Assembly: GCA_016183565.1 (NCBI GenBank)
Contig: JACPEJ010000001.1
Span: forward strand, 226,577 to 290,576
Source: Candidatus Blackburnbacteria bacterium
Lineage (GTDB): Bacteria > Patescibacteriota > Microgenomatia > UBA8517 > UBA10165
DNA: 64,000 bases
Direction: 5' to 3'
In this document: positions 38,772 through 47,992 of the stretch, one piece after another
How the letters are laid out: each line of letters starts with the position of its first letter
Position numbering within the stretch: the first letter of the stretch is position 1
Position numbers and translations under genes: made by a program
The notes under the pieces: generated by a model
Databases searched by the model: none
The model's input: only the letters and a program-made list of their open reading frames with translations
Told to the model about the DNA's origin: nothing

Positions 38772-39052
38772 GTCTAGACTCTATCATAAAGCCTATAAAC
38801 ATACAAGACGACACTTTACTCCTTTTTAGGGGTTGCACCCCCCATTTTGTTTACACTGAGCCTGTTGAAGTGTAGGGTCCAAAAGGCTTGTAGATTTAAA
38901 AGAGTGTCTCTGGTCTGGTTTTTAACACTTGACATAGTTTTACGTCATCGCGTATTTTTGTGTCAAGTGTTGAAATAGATTTTTGATCGGCTGCTCCCGA
39001 GGTGCCAACGTATTCCACCTCCCAGGTGGAAGAATAATAGGTAGTCTTTAGT

Positions 39053-39670
39053 CTACAACAACCCCTTTTGTTGTAAAAACTTTTTTAATCTTTCGTTGGT
39101 TCTGTATTGCTGGCCTATTGATACAAATAGATTGTTAATTTTTGTCCAGTGCTTCTTAGGTAGAATTTTTGTAAGGGCTTTTTCTGTTTGCTCTGGGGTT
39201 TTTGTATTAACCCATCCTAGTACATTTGCAATACGGTGAACATGTGTGTCGACACCTATTGCAGGGATATTGAAAGCACGAGCTAAAACTATATTTGCAG
39301 TTTTTCTACCGACACCTGGGAGGGATGTAAGTTCCTCAAGGTTTTTTGGCACATTCCCCCCAAACCTTTTTATTATTTCTTCTGAGAGTTTCTTTAAGTT
39401 TTTTGCTTTGTTTTTATAGAAATTAACCGGTTTTATTGTGTCTGCTAGTTCTTTAACTGATAACTTACTTATGAATTCTGCATCGGCTGTGATTTCAAAG
39501 AGTTTTTTGCACACTTGTGCTGTTGTTTCGTCACGTGTGCGGGCGGACAGCATTGTCGCGACAAGTGTTTGAAACGGTGTTTTTGAGACTTCTATTAAGG
39601 GGATTTCTTGGTAGTGTTTTTGGAAGACTGTAAAAACTTTTTTTACTGATGGGGTCATTTTCTTTCTCAC
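39053..39670 (-). CDS. HhH-GPD base-excision DNA glycosylase, endonuclease III-like but without the C-terminal Fe-S cysteine cluster
   Basis: LVATMLSARTRDETT...LPGVGRKTANIVL; no Cys-x6-Cys-x2-Cys-x5-Cys motif; GTG start. Confidence 0.7.
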   Translation of the reverse strand: MRKKMTPSVKKVFTVFQKHYQEIPLIEVSKTPFQTLVATMLSARTRDETTAQVCKKLFEITADAEFISKLSVKELADTIKPVNFYKNKAKNLKKLSEEIIKRFGGNVPKNLEELTSLPGVGRKTANIVLARAFNIPAIGVDTHVHRIANVLGWVNTKTPEQTEKALTKILPKKHWTKINNLFVSIGQQYRTNERLKKFLQQKGLL

Positions 39671-39809
39671 CTACTGTTTGTAGCGCGGCTCGTGCTGCGA
39701 TTTTAGGAGGACTTTGGGCTATTTGTATTTAGAGTTGTCCTTCGTAACCAAAAGGAACCCCGGAAGGGGTGTCCTCTTGGAATTCAAGTTTAGTCCGCCA
39801 GTTGGTGGA

Positions 39810-39950
39810 TTAGGCCTTTCCGATCTTGAACATTGTTGTGCCACAAACTTCGCAAACAGCTTTTGTTGCTGGTTTGCCGTTTTTCATGGTGACAGGCTGC
39901 AAATTTTTGCCTTCTCGGCTTGATCGACATTTTACACAATACATTGCCAT
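39810..39950 (-). CDS. small zinc-ribbon protein (46 aa; absent from the ORF track)
   Basis: MAMYCVKCRSSREGKNLQPVTMKNGKPATKAVCEVCGTTMFKIGKA with two CxxC pairs. Confidence 0.4.
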   Translation of the reverse strand: MAMYCVKCRSSREGKNLQPVTMKNGKPATKAVCEVCGTTMFKIGKA

Positions 39951-39994
39951 ATATTTTTAAGGATTGATCCCTTTCACCTCCTCTCCAGGACAGC

Positions 39995-40297
39995 TCATTT
40001 GAACCAAAGCCAGTATATCATCAATTCGATTCCAAGCACCAATATAGCAAATACTGCGCTTTTTACAAGGTCTTGGATTATGGCAGTGTTATTTACAAAA
40101 AGTATTGATTTTTCAATCCTTTTTGGGTTTTTAGCCTCGAGAGGGGATTGTTGAAGGTTTTTCAGGCTAAAGCTAAATTCCCTCTTGACAGGTTCAAGAG
40201 AAGCGTTTGAAGAGAGGTTGTTTGAAGAGTTTTGTGAAAACTTGTTTAGGCTTCGTCTTGCTGCTTTCTCTTTTTGCTTTCTTGTTTTCCTTGTCAT
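39995..40297 (-). CDS. hypothetical small protein with a C-terminal TM helix
   Basis: ORF only. Confidence 0.4.
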   Translation of the reverse strand: MTRKTRKQKEKAARRSLNKFSQNSSNNLSSNASLEPVKREFSFSLKNLQQSPLEAKNPKRIEKSILFVNNTAIIQDLVKSAVFAILVLGIELMIYWLWFK

Positions 40298-40428
40298 TTA
40301 GAGGTTATTATAACCGACCCAATAAAAGATTTTTTCTTTTAGAAGAAATCTCTTCAACTACGTATAGCACGGAGTACAATTGGTTATATGAGTTTGTATA
40401 GCAAACGATTATATTATATCATCAACCA

Positions 40429-41748
40429 ATGCAACCAATACTCACTCACGCACTTCCATCACCCGAACTAGAACTTCCGCGCACACTGCACGACGATAGG
40501 CATCAACTTGAGGTGGTTGATGTGCCAATAGTTACTACGTCAGCTAGTTTCAGAAGTGATATCAAGAGAAACTTTGGCGAGTCAACTCGCAGTAAAGGGG
40601 ATGACATTGTTTTTTCCAGAGCACATTTCTCAATGGCTGTGGGAGTTTTAGAGCAAGCTGTTGAGGGGGGTTTAAGCTCTTGGCTTGTGGACCCAATTAA
40701 TTATATTTCGATTAAAGATTGGGGAAAGTTGGTGATGATGGTGAAGGTGGGACGTTTAGTTGCCAGATTTCATTTTTTAAAACACGTTAAGGATTTTGTA
40801 GATGAAATTGCTCGTGGGAAGATGCCGTTGACGAGTGCCATAACTCGACCATTGGTTTATGTAACTGGTGCTACCACGAAGCCAGTAGTATCGCTGCATT
40901 ATGAGACAGGAAATATTTTGGCAAGGGAAGGTAAGCAAGTTTTGCAAGTCGTGACGGATCCTTATGTTAGATCTCAATATCTTTTTGAAGCAGAGCGAGA
41001 GAATATAACTTATGCAGTTTTTGACAAAGAAACAAAGAAAGATTTTTTAGCTCAGGCAAAGGAACTTGGAAAACAGGTTGATCCGGCTCGAATTGTGGTT
41101 ACAGGACCACCTGTTGATCCAAGAATAGTAAGAGCCAGAGAGGGAAAGGCTGCTGTCTCACACAAAAGCCGACCCTTAAGGCTTGTTGTGACCACTGGAG
41201 GTTTGGGACAGAACAAAGAAGAAATTTTTCAAGTTCTTGATAGTATTGGACCTCTGGTTAAAGAAGGGAAGGTACAGGTTTTACTTTATGGGAGTACGTT
41301 GTCTGATTTTAAAAATATGTATAGAGAGGTAGCGCGTAAGTTTGATATTCCGGTTGGAGCAACAGATGATCTACAGGCGGCCTTGCGGATTCTATATTAT
41401 CCCGGCATAGTAGATGCGAATCAGTCTTTAATTAGTTATGCGTTTGACTGGGCTGATGGTTTTATTACCAAACCGTCGGGGGATATGGCGTATGACGCAG
41501 CGGCAGCAGGTTGCCTTCTTTTACTACTTGAACCATGGGGGGAGTGGGAGGAAAGTATTGGAAAAATTTTTACTAAACTTAACATTGCCTGCAAGGTTCA
41601 AACTGATGATTTTAGTCAACAACTGGAAGGGCTTCTTCAGAGTGGGTGGGTTGAAACCTCGATTGCAAATGCACTTAACATAGATAGGCTTTTTTTAAAT
41701 GGAGCGAAAAAGATAGTTGACTTACAGCAAAAAATTGCAATACAATAG
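40429..41748 (+). CDS. putative glycosyltransferase (MGDG-synthase/UgtP/MurG-like C-terminal domain)
   Basis: ...GFITKPSGDMAYDAAAAGCLLL... resembles the ITKPGG donor-binding region of GT28-type enzymes. Confidence 0.35.
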   Translation: MQPILTHALPSPELELPRTLHDDRHQLEVVDVPIVTTSASFRSDIKRNFGESTRSKGDDIVFSRAHFSMAVGVLEQAVEGGLSSWLVDPINYISIKDWGKLVMMVKVGRLVARFHFLKHVKDFVDEIARGKMPLTSAITRPLVYVTGATTKPVVSLHYETGNILAREGKQVLQVVTDPYVRSQYLFEAERENITYAVFDKETKKDFLAQAKELGKQVDPARIVVTGPPVDPRIVRAREGKAAVSHKSRPLRLVVTTGGLGQNKEEIFQVLDSIGPLVKEGKVQVLLYGSTLSDFKNMYREVARKFDIPVGATDDLQAALRILYYPGIVDANQSLISYAFDWADGFITKPSGDMAYDAAAAGCLLLLLEPWGEWEESIGKIFTKLNIACKVQTDDFSQQLEGLLQSGWVETSIANALNIDRLFLNGAKKIVDLQQKIAIQ

Positions 41749-42199
41749 TAGGGAGGTGGTATTAAGTTTTGTAATTGTTGCCTTGTGGTTGTTGGGCTTG
41801 ACTGTTTGGGTTTACAGGGCTACTGTTCACTGCTCTCGTTTAACAGGAAGTAGTGACAAGAAGGATCTTAAGACAATTCTTGACAATTTGCTTTTGAGTT
41901 CGACAAAAACTTCAGATCATGTGAAGGATGTCGAACTTAAGATGGCAGAACTTGGCAGGCAGGTACAAAAGCATATTCAAAAGATAGGTGTTGTAAGATT
42001 TAATCCATTTGGGGACACTGGAGGTAACCAGTCTTTTGCAATAGCTTTCTTGGATGGACAAGATTCGGGGGTTGTGGTTTTGAGCTTGCACGGTAGAGAA
42101 GGAACCAGAGTTTATGTTAAAAATGTTAAGGAGGGTGTTTCTTCCTACGAACTTTCTAAGGAAGAAGCGCAAGCGGTTGAGCAGGCAAGGAAGAGATGA
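41717..42199 (+). CDS. hypothetical membrane-anchored protein (DUF4446-like)
   Basis: N-terminal TM helix; VVRFNPFGDTGGNQSFAIAFLD; start uncertain (TTG 41717 or GTG 41756). Confidence 0.4.
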   Translation: MTYSKKLQYNSREVVLSFVIVALWLLGLTVWVYRATVHCSRLTGSSDKKDLKTILDNLLLSSTKTSDHVKDVELKMAELGRQVQKHIQKIGVVRFNPFGDTGGNQSFAIAFLDGQDSGVVVLSLHGREGTRVYVKNVKEGVSSYELSKEEAQAVEQARKR

Positions 42200-42203
42200 A
42201 GGA

Positions 42204-43364
42204 ATGAGTAATTTAAATATAAAATTAAGAGTAATTGGAGGGTTATTAGGAATTTTTCTTTTATCTGTAGGTATCTCCTACGCGGCTTTTTCATATCTTA
42301 GCAAAATGGGGGTTGGTAAGACGGTCTCTCCGCAAGGGATGGGAGGAGCGAGAAATAAAATAGATCTTTCTCTCCCCAAAACCGAGGAGTGTCCTCTTAA
42401 TGGCCAGATGTTTACTAAGGCAGAGCGGGAAATTTGGGAGAAGAGAAGGCCTCTTGGAGTTATGATTGAAAACCACACAGAAGCCCGTCCGCAATCGGGA
42501 TTGTCATCTGCAGATGTTGTATATGAGGCAGTTGCAGAGGGAGCGATTACTCGTTTTCTGGTGGTGTTTTATTGCGGAGCTTCGGCAGAAGAAGTAATGA
42601 TAGGACCTGTCCGATCTGCTAGAACTTACTATTTAGATTGGGTTTCGGAATACGGACAAGCTCCTCTATATGCTCATGTTGGTGGTGCCAATAGATCTGG
42701 TCCTGCCGACGCGTTGGGCCAAATAGAAAAATATGGATGGTACTTATACAACGATCTCAACCAATTCAGCATAGGGCTTGATGCATTCAGGAAAGAGATG
42801 GAGCGTCTACCTGATGTTGCAACGGAACACCAAATGTATGCAACGACCGATAAATTATGGACAGTTGCTGCCGAGCGTGGACTTACTTACAAGGACAAGA
42901 ATGGAGTTGCTTGGAATAAAGGCTTTGTGCAATGGAAATTTGCTGATGGTCAGCCTTCTGCTTCTCCACCAACAACTCGTATAAGCTTTCCTTTTTGGGA
43001 AGGATATATGCAATACGCGGTTTTGTGGACTTACGATCAAAGCACCAACACATATAAAAGAGAGAATGGTGGTGGATCACACAAAGACCTAAACAATGAC
43101 ACCCAGATTTATGCATCAAATGTTGTGGTTATGTTTACTACAATGAAATACCTTAATGATCCAGAGAAGCATTTGCTTTACACAACAACTGGTTCAGGCA
43201 AAGCACTATTTTTCCAGAACGGAAATGTAACAGAAGGTAAATGGTCCAAGAAATCAAGAACTGACAGAACAATTTTTACAGATAAAGCTGGGAAAGAGAT
43301 ATTATTTGTGCGGGGGCCGATTTGGATTGAAGTTTTAGAGACTGGGTCTAAAGTTACTTATTAA
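42204..43364 (+). CDS. DUF3048 (YerB-like) secreted protein
   Basis: PLGVMIENHTEARPQSGLSSADVVYEAVAEGAITRFLVVF resembles the DUF3048 signature. Confidence 0.55.
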   Translation: MSNLNIKLRVIGGLLGIFLLSVGISYAAFSYLSKMGVGKTVSPQGMGGARNKIDLSLPKTEECPLNGQMFTKAEREIWEKRRPLGVMIENHTEARPQSGLSSADVVYEAVAEGAITRFLVVFYCGASAEEVMIGPVRSARTYYLDWVSEYGQAPLYAHVGGANRSGPADALGQIEKYGWYLYNDLNQFSIGLDAFRKEMERLPDVATEHQMYATTDKLWTVAAERGLTYKDKNGVAWNKGFVQWKFADGQPSASPPTTRISFPFWEGYMQYAVLWTYDQSTNTYKRENGGGSHKDLNNDTQIYASNVVVMFTTMKYLNDPEKHLLYTTTGSGKALFFQNGNVTEGKWSKKSRTDRTIFTDKAGKEILFVRGPIWIEVLETGSKVTY

Positions 43365-43421
43365 CCAAACTACTTGCTTTTGTACCTGCCGAAGGGCTGC
43401 CTCAAACTAAAGAATTGAATC

Positions 43422-44006
43422 ATGGCAACATTAAGGGATTTTATAGTCTCTGGGGTTAGGGTCAAACTCCTTAAAGCTTTTTTGGAAGATTCTCGGGAAA
43501 TGTATCATGTGCGTGACTTGGTAAGGCGCATTGGAGAGGAAATAAATGCGGTAAGACGGGAGTTGTCGAGAATGGAGGAAGCGGGGATGGTTAGGAAAGA
43601 GAAGAGGGGCAATAGGCTTTATTATTGGTTTAGAGGGGACTATGTTTTTTTTCCGGAACTAACAAGTTTGGTTGCAAAAACAACCGGACTTGGCTTTGCA
43701 ATCCGTAAGAATAGAGGAAGGATTGGAAAGCTGGATTTTGTTATGTTTTCTGGGGAGTTTGTACGACATGCTTCTCGCAAAACTAGTGATCAAGTAGATG
43801 TGTTTGTTGTTGGTGATGTTGTTTTGCCTGAGTTGGCTTTACTTATTAGGCAAGAGGAAACAAAACGGGAGCAGGAGATTAATTATACTCCAATGACTAG
43901 GGAAGAATTTGAGTTTCGTAAATCTCGTCGAGATCCTTTTGTGTTGGGTGTTCTTATGAATAAACGAGTTATGATAATTGGTGAAGAAGAGGAGTTTGTG
44001 AGTTGA
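43422..44006 (+). CDS. winged-HTH regulator fused to a minimal nucleotidyltransferase-like domain
   Basis: N-terminal wHTH; C-terminal FVMFSGEFVRHASRKTSDQVDVFVVGD resembles the polymerase-beta/MNT G-S...D-x-D motif. Confidence 0.45.
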   Translation: MATLRDFIVSGVRVKLLKAFLEDSREMYHVRDLVRRIGEEINAVRRELSRMEEAGMVRKEKRGNRLYYWFRGDYVFFPELTSLVAKTTGLGFAIRKNRGRIGKLDFVMFSGEFVRHASRKTSDQVDVFVVGDVVLPELALLIRQEETKREQEINYTPMTREEFEFRKSRRDPFVLGVLMNKRVMIIGEEEEFVS

Positions 44007-44209
44007 TACAGAAAGTTTTTAAGACTGGTAATAGTTTGGCTATCACAATTCCTGCGAAGTTTGTTGCTTGTCTTGGAATTAAACGGGGTGATAATGTTCA
44101 GGTAATAGAACAAAAAGATAAAGCGAGGATTGTGTATCACTTTGCTGGTAGTCGCCAATTGCCTTTGGCCCAAGAGTTTTTCAAAAAAATGGGTAAAAGT
44201 CACTCTTGA
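44003..44209 (+). CDS. AbrB/MazE/SpoVT-family small DNA-binding protein (antitoxin-like)
   Basis: KTGNSLAITIPAKFVACLGIKRGDNVQV swapped-hairpin motif; TTG start overlapping the upstream stop (gtgagTTGa). Confidence 0.55.
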   Translation: MIQKVFKTGNSLAITIPAKFVACLGIKRGDNVQVIEQKDKARIVYHFAGSRQLPLAQEFFKKMGKSHS

Positions 44210-44210
44210 A

Positions 44211-45581
44211 ATGGGTTCTTCTGTAAGACGTGTTTTTATAATAGTTATTCTGATTTTGGTGGCTGCTTTTGTAGCACTTCCTGATGAGTTGCCTATTAAT
44301 TTTGGGTATGGGAACTTTAAGGTTAATTATGTCCTCCAAAGACCTCCTGTTAGTTTAAATTATGGTAGTTTTTCTTTCCAGCGTGATTTGGATCTTAAGT
44401 TAGGTCTTGACCTTGCAGGGGGTAGTCATCTTGTTTTTGAGGCGGATGTAACGGGCATTGATGCTAGTGATCAAGATTTGGCGGTAGAGTCGGCAAGAAG
44501 TGCGATCGATCGTAGGATAAATTTATTTGGGGTTTCGGAAAGTACTGTTCAGACTGCGAAAGTTGGAACATCAAGAAGGATTATTGTTGAGTTGCCTGGT
44601 ATTAAAGATGCGCAACAAGCAGTAAGTTTAATTGGTAAAACAGCTCGGTTGGATTTTAGGGAGTTGACTGATACAGTTGAGGCGACACAGGGTGCTGTTT
44701 TTTTGACTCTAGATAATACTAAAACAACAGGATTTACAGGTGCAGATTTTGAGCGAGCTAAACCAGATTTCGATTCTACAACTGGTAAGCCAGTTGTTTC
44801 TTTTGAAATGAAGCAGGATTCAGCAAAGAAGTTTGGTGAGATTACAACAAGGCTACAAGGTAAAAGACTTGCAATTTTTTTGGATGAAACTCCAATCTCT
44901 GCTCCTGTTATTCAAACTCCAATTACGGAGGGGAGGGGTCAAATAACTGGGGAGTTTACGTTGCAAGAAGTGAAGGATTTGTCGAATTTATTGAGTGCTG
45001 GTGCTTTGCCGGTTCCTGTAAAACCTATTGAACAAAGGACTGTTGAGGCAAGTTTAGGTAGAGAATCTATACAAAAAAGTGTAGTTGCTGGGGTTGTTGG
45101 TTTGGGAATGGTTGTTCTTTTTATGGTTCTTAATTATAGAGTACTTGGTTTTCTTGCGAGTGTTGCTCTGTTAATTTATGGCATATTAACTCTTGCGTTA
45201 TATAAACTTATTCCTATTGTTTTAACACTACCTGGTATTGCAGGTTTTATACTTTCTGTTGGCATGGCGGTTGATTCAAATATATTAATTTTTGAGAGAA
45301 TGAAGGAAGAGCTTATGAGTGGTAGGTCATGGCAAAATAGTATGGAATCGGCTTTTGGAAGGGCATGGGATTCTATAAGAGACGCTAATATTGCTACTCT
45401 TTTGACAGCCTTTGTTTTGTTTAATCCGTTGAACTTTAGTTTCTTGCATACCTCTGGTCCTGTACGTGGGTTTGCGTTAACCTTGGCATTGGGGATAGCA
45501 GTAAGTTTGTTCACAGGGGTATTTGTTACAAGGACATTGATGCGGGTTTTTGCAAAGAAAGATATACAGAAAAAAATATGA
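44211..45581 (+). CDS. secD: protein translocase subunit SecD
   Basis: N-terminal TM, periplasmic domain, 5 C-terminal TM helices; followed by secF. Confidence 0.88.
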   Translation: MGSSVRRVFIIVILILVAAFVALPDELPINFGYGNFKVNYVLQRPPVSLNYGSFSFQRDLDLKLGLDLAGGSHLVFEADVTGIDASDQDLAVESARSAIDRRINLFGVSESTVQTAKVGTSRRIIVELPGIKDAQQAVSLIGKTARLDFRELTDTVEATQGAVFLTLDNTKTTGFTGADFERAKPDFDSTTGKPVVSFEMKQDSAKKFGEITTRLQGKRLAIFLDETPISAPVIQTPITEGRGQITGEFTLQEVKDLSNLLSAGALPVPVKPIEQRTVEASLGRESIQKSVVAGVVGLGMVVLFMVLNYRVLGFLASVALLIYGILTLALYKLIPIVLTLPGIAGFILSVGMAVDSNILIFERMKEELMSGRSWQNSMESAFGRAWDSIRDANIATLLTAFVLFNPLNFSFLHTSGPVRGFALTLALGIAVSLFTGVFVTRTLMRVFAKKDIQKKI

Positions 45582-46450
45582 ACTGGATGAAGTTTCGCTG
45601 GTTTTATTTTTTGGTTTCAGGAATTGTGTTGGCTTTTTCTGTATATGCAATAGCTACCTGGGGTTTTCGCCCCTCAATAGATTTTACTGGGGGGAGTGTA
45701 GTGGAATACAGATTTCAGGGTCGTGTTGAAGCATCAAAAGTATCGGAAGATATTGTAGCGCAAGGTTATGAACTAAAGGAAGTTAAGAGTATAAGTGCTA
45801 ATAGTTTAGAACTGAAATTTGTGCCAACCTTTGAGCAAAGGAATGCGGAGGATTTAAGTGCAATTCTTGCTCAATCTTTAAAAGAAAAACCTGAGATTGT
45901 AAGATTTGAGACTGTTGGTCCGGCCTTGTCTACAGAGATTCTTGAAAAAACATATATAGCAATAGCAATTGCGGCAACAGGAATTCTTCTTTGGGTTGCG
46001 TGGCAATTTAAAAGTATTCAGTTCGGGATTTCTGCGATTCTTGCGACGCTACACGATACGATAATTTTGCTTGGTGTGTTTGCAGTACTTGGGCACTACA
46101 AGGGTGTTGAGGTTGATATACTTTTTGTTACAGCAGTTTTAACAACTTTGTCCTTCTCGGTTCACGATACTATTGTTGTCTATGATCGAATCCGAGAGTC
46201 GAAAAGAAGATTTAGTAGTGTTTCTTTTGTAGATCTTTCTAATAAAGCGGTCACAGAGACAATGGGTCGTTCGCTTAACAATTCTTTGACTATTATTTTC
46301 ATGCTTCTGGCGCTTTTTTTGATGGGAGGAGTAACTATAAAATGGTTTGTTGCAGCACTTCTTGTTGGTACAATATCAGGTACTTACTCATCTCCATTTG
46401 TCGCAGTCCCGCTTTTGGTGATGTGGGATTGGATTAGAGGTAGGTTCTAG
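45578..46450 (+). CDS. secF: protein translocase subunit SecF
   Basis: 290 aa, SecF topology; overlaps secD by 4 nt. Confidence 0.88.
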   Translation: MNWMKFRWFYFLVSGIVLAFSVYAIATWGFRPSIDFTGGSVVEYRFQGRVEASKVSEDIVAQGYELKEVKSISANSLELKFVPTFEQRNAEDLSAILAQSLKEKPEIVRFETVGPALSTEILEKTYIAIAIAATGILLWVAWQFKSIQFGISAILATLHDTIILLGVFAVLGHYKGVEVDILFVTAVLTTLSFSVHDTIVVYDRIRESKRRFSSVSFVDLSNKAVTETMGRSLNNSLTIIFMLLALFLMGGVTIKWFVAALLVGTISGTYSSPFVAVPLLVMWDWIRGRF

Positions 46451-46551
46451 TGGAGCTTCATTGGAAATTATTTTACAGTATACAAGCTTTGAATAAGGCT
46501 ACTTGACAAAGGCTCTTGGTTGTAGTAGTGTATATACATTGTATATATTAG

Positions 46552-46866
46552 ATGGCTACCTTTAGTTTGAGGGGTATTGTTGGTTTTGAATGGGATAAAG
46601 GAAACATTTCTCATATAGCAAAGCACAATGTTGCACCAAGAGAGTCTGAAGATGTGTTTTTCGATAAGAATAATGTGTTGGATGAGGATTTGAAACATTC
46701 GGTGGGAGAACAGCGTTTTTTAATCATCGGAAAAACGAAAAGGGGAAGAATTTTATATCAAATATTTACCGTAAGGGGAGGCAAGATTAGAGTTGTCTCG
46801 TCGCGAGATATTAACAAGAAGGAGGTGAGCTTGTATGAAAAAAAAGTTGATAATTCCAAAATTTAA
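46552..46866 (+). CDS. brnT: BrnT-family ribonuclease toxin (DUF497)
   Basis: FEWDKGNISHIAKHNVAPRESEDVF ... RFLIIGKTKRGRILYQIFTVRGGKIRVVSSRDINKKE. Confidence 0.75.
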   Translation: MATFSLRGIVGFEWDKGNISHIAKHNVAPRESEDVFFDKNNVLDEDLKHSVGEQRFLIIGKTKRGRILYQIFTVRGGKIRVVSSRDINKKEVSLYEKKVDNSKI

Positions 46867-47098
46867 GAGTGAGTCGGAAGAATCCAGATTTTGGGCTAAT
46901 CTTGATTTAATGGAATATTTTGAACCTTCTGATTTTAGAAGGGGAGTTGTGTTTCCGCAATTAAAGCGGAGCAAGCGCCTCGTTTCAATTCGCCTTCCTG
47001 ATGAATTAATAGTTAGAGTTAAAGATAAAGCTAGTAAGCTTGAAGTGCCATATCAAAGTCTTATACGTAGGTATATTCAGCAGGGAGTAGCTAGATAA
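46835..47098 (+). CDS. brnA: BrnA-family antitoxin (RHH/CopG-like)
   Basis: SESEESRFWANLDLMEYFE...SIRLPDELIVRVKDKASKLEVPYQSLIRRYI. Confidence 0.7.
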   Translation: MKKKLIIPKFKSESEESRFWANLDLMEYFEPSDFRRGVVFPQLKRSKRLVSIRLPDELIVRVKDKASKLEVPYQSLIRRYIQQGVAR

Positions 47099-47319
47099 AA
47101 GTTCTTTTGTTCAGGGGCAAGTGAGGTTGAAAGGAAACTTGAGCAATAACCCTGCAGTTTAGTTAGTGGTAGGCCCGAGTTCTCAAAACGATCGCAACAC
47201 CTTAAGGGTTAATTTTTAGGTATCATCACCTCCATGGGAATTAGAATGGAGGTGAGTAAAATACCAAAGTATAGAAAGCTGGTTAAGGAGGATAGGATAC
47301 TGATTGCTCAATGTAGAGA

Positions 47320-47430
47320 CAATGGTTTGTTGCAGCACTTCTTGTTGGTACAGTGTCAGGTACTTACTCATCTCCATTTGTCGCAGTCCCGCTTTTGGTG
47401 ATGTGGGAGAAAATTAAGAGGAGGGTTTAG
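47320..47430 (+). pseudogene. duplicated 3'-terminal fragment of secF (~110 nt, 2 mismatches over the first 92 nt)
   Basis: aatggtttgttgcagcacttcttgttggtaca...gtcccgcttttggtgatgtggga also occurs at 46331-46440 as the genuine secF end. Confidence 0.85.
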
Positions 47431-47668
47431 CAAATGTTTTTTAGTGATTTTGTTGCAGTTTATTCAATTTTATACTTTAAGGTAATCTGAACACTACACT
47501 CCTACGTAGGAGTGTAGTGTCTAATACGCTCATACATATGGATATTATTAAAATTATTGGTGTTATGTTTCGAAACATTGGAACTTAAAACTCAGGATTT
47601 AGAACATGGAGTAGGAATATTTGATTGGTCATTGATATCATGATTCGAATCATGATATCAAATATGAT

Positions 47669-47992
47669 TTACATTAACTGGAAACGGATTATTTTCAAGG
47701 GTGTGGTTTTGTTGATGTCGCAGTTATAGTAATGGGAGTAAGTTTCATACATTTTTTTATCGTTTTTGAAGGATTCGTGTCCATCTTTGTCTTCTTTTGT
47801 TAGTTTACCGAAAGTTGTTTGTTTGACTGAAGTGATTTTTGCTTTTGCAAATTCTTTTAGTGTTTCTCTATTGACCAAACTTAGTTTGTCATCTTCTGTT
47901 AGATTTTTGTCGTCGAAGAGCCGCCATGTGGAAGTTTTAGAACCATTAAGGATAATAGGGACTAATTCTGGGCTAAACTTTAGTATTTTCAT
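47669..47992 (-). CDS. ASCH-domain protein
   Basis: IILNGSKTSTWRL...GDKL pattern. Confidence 0.45.
   Translation of the reverse strand: MKILKFSPELVPIILNGSKTSTWRLFDDKNLTEDDKLSLVNRETLKEFAKAKITSVKQTTFGKLTKEDKDGHESFKNDKKMYETYSHYYNCDINKTTPLKIIRFQLM

Noticed and set aside
39714-39923. 69-aa + strand ORF downstream of leader motif copy D
   Set aside because: The protein has odd composition (CC, W, FHGDRL). It is antisense to a more convincing 46-aa zinc-ribbon ORF (39810-39950, minus) that has paired CxxC motifs.
47226-47256. Hairpin tcacctccat-gggaattagaa-tggaggtga resembling a 16S 3'-end / anti-SD sequence
   Set aside because: It is too short and isolated to be an rRNA fragment. It is more likely an incidental hairpin within the cassette boundary.
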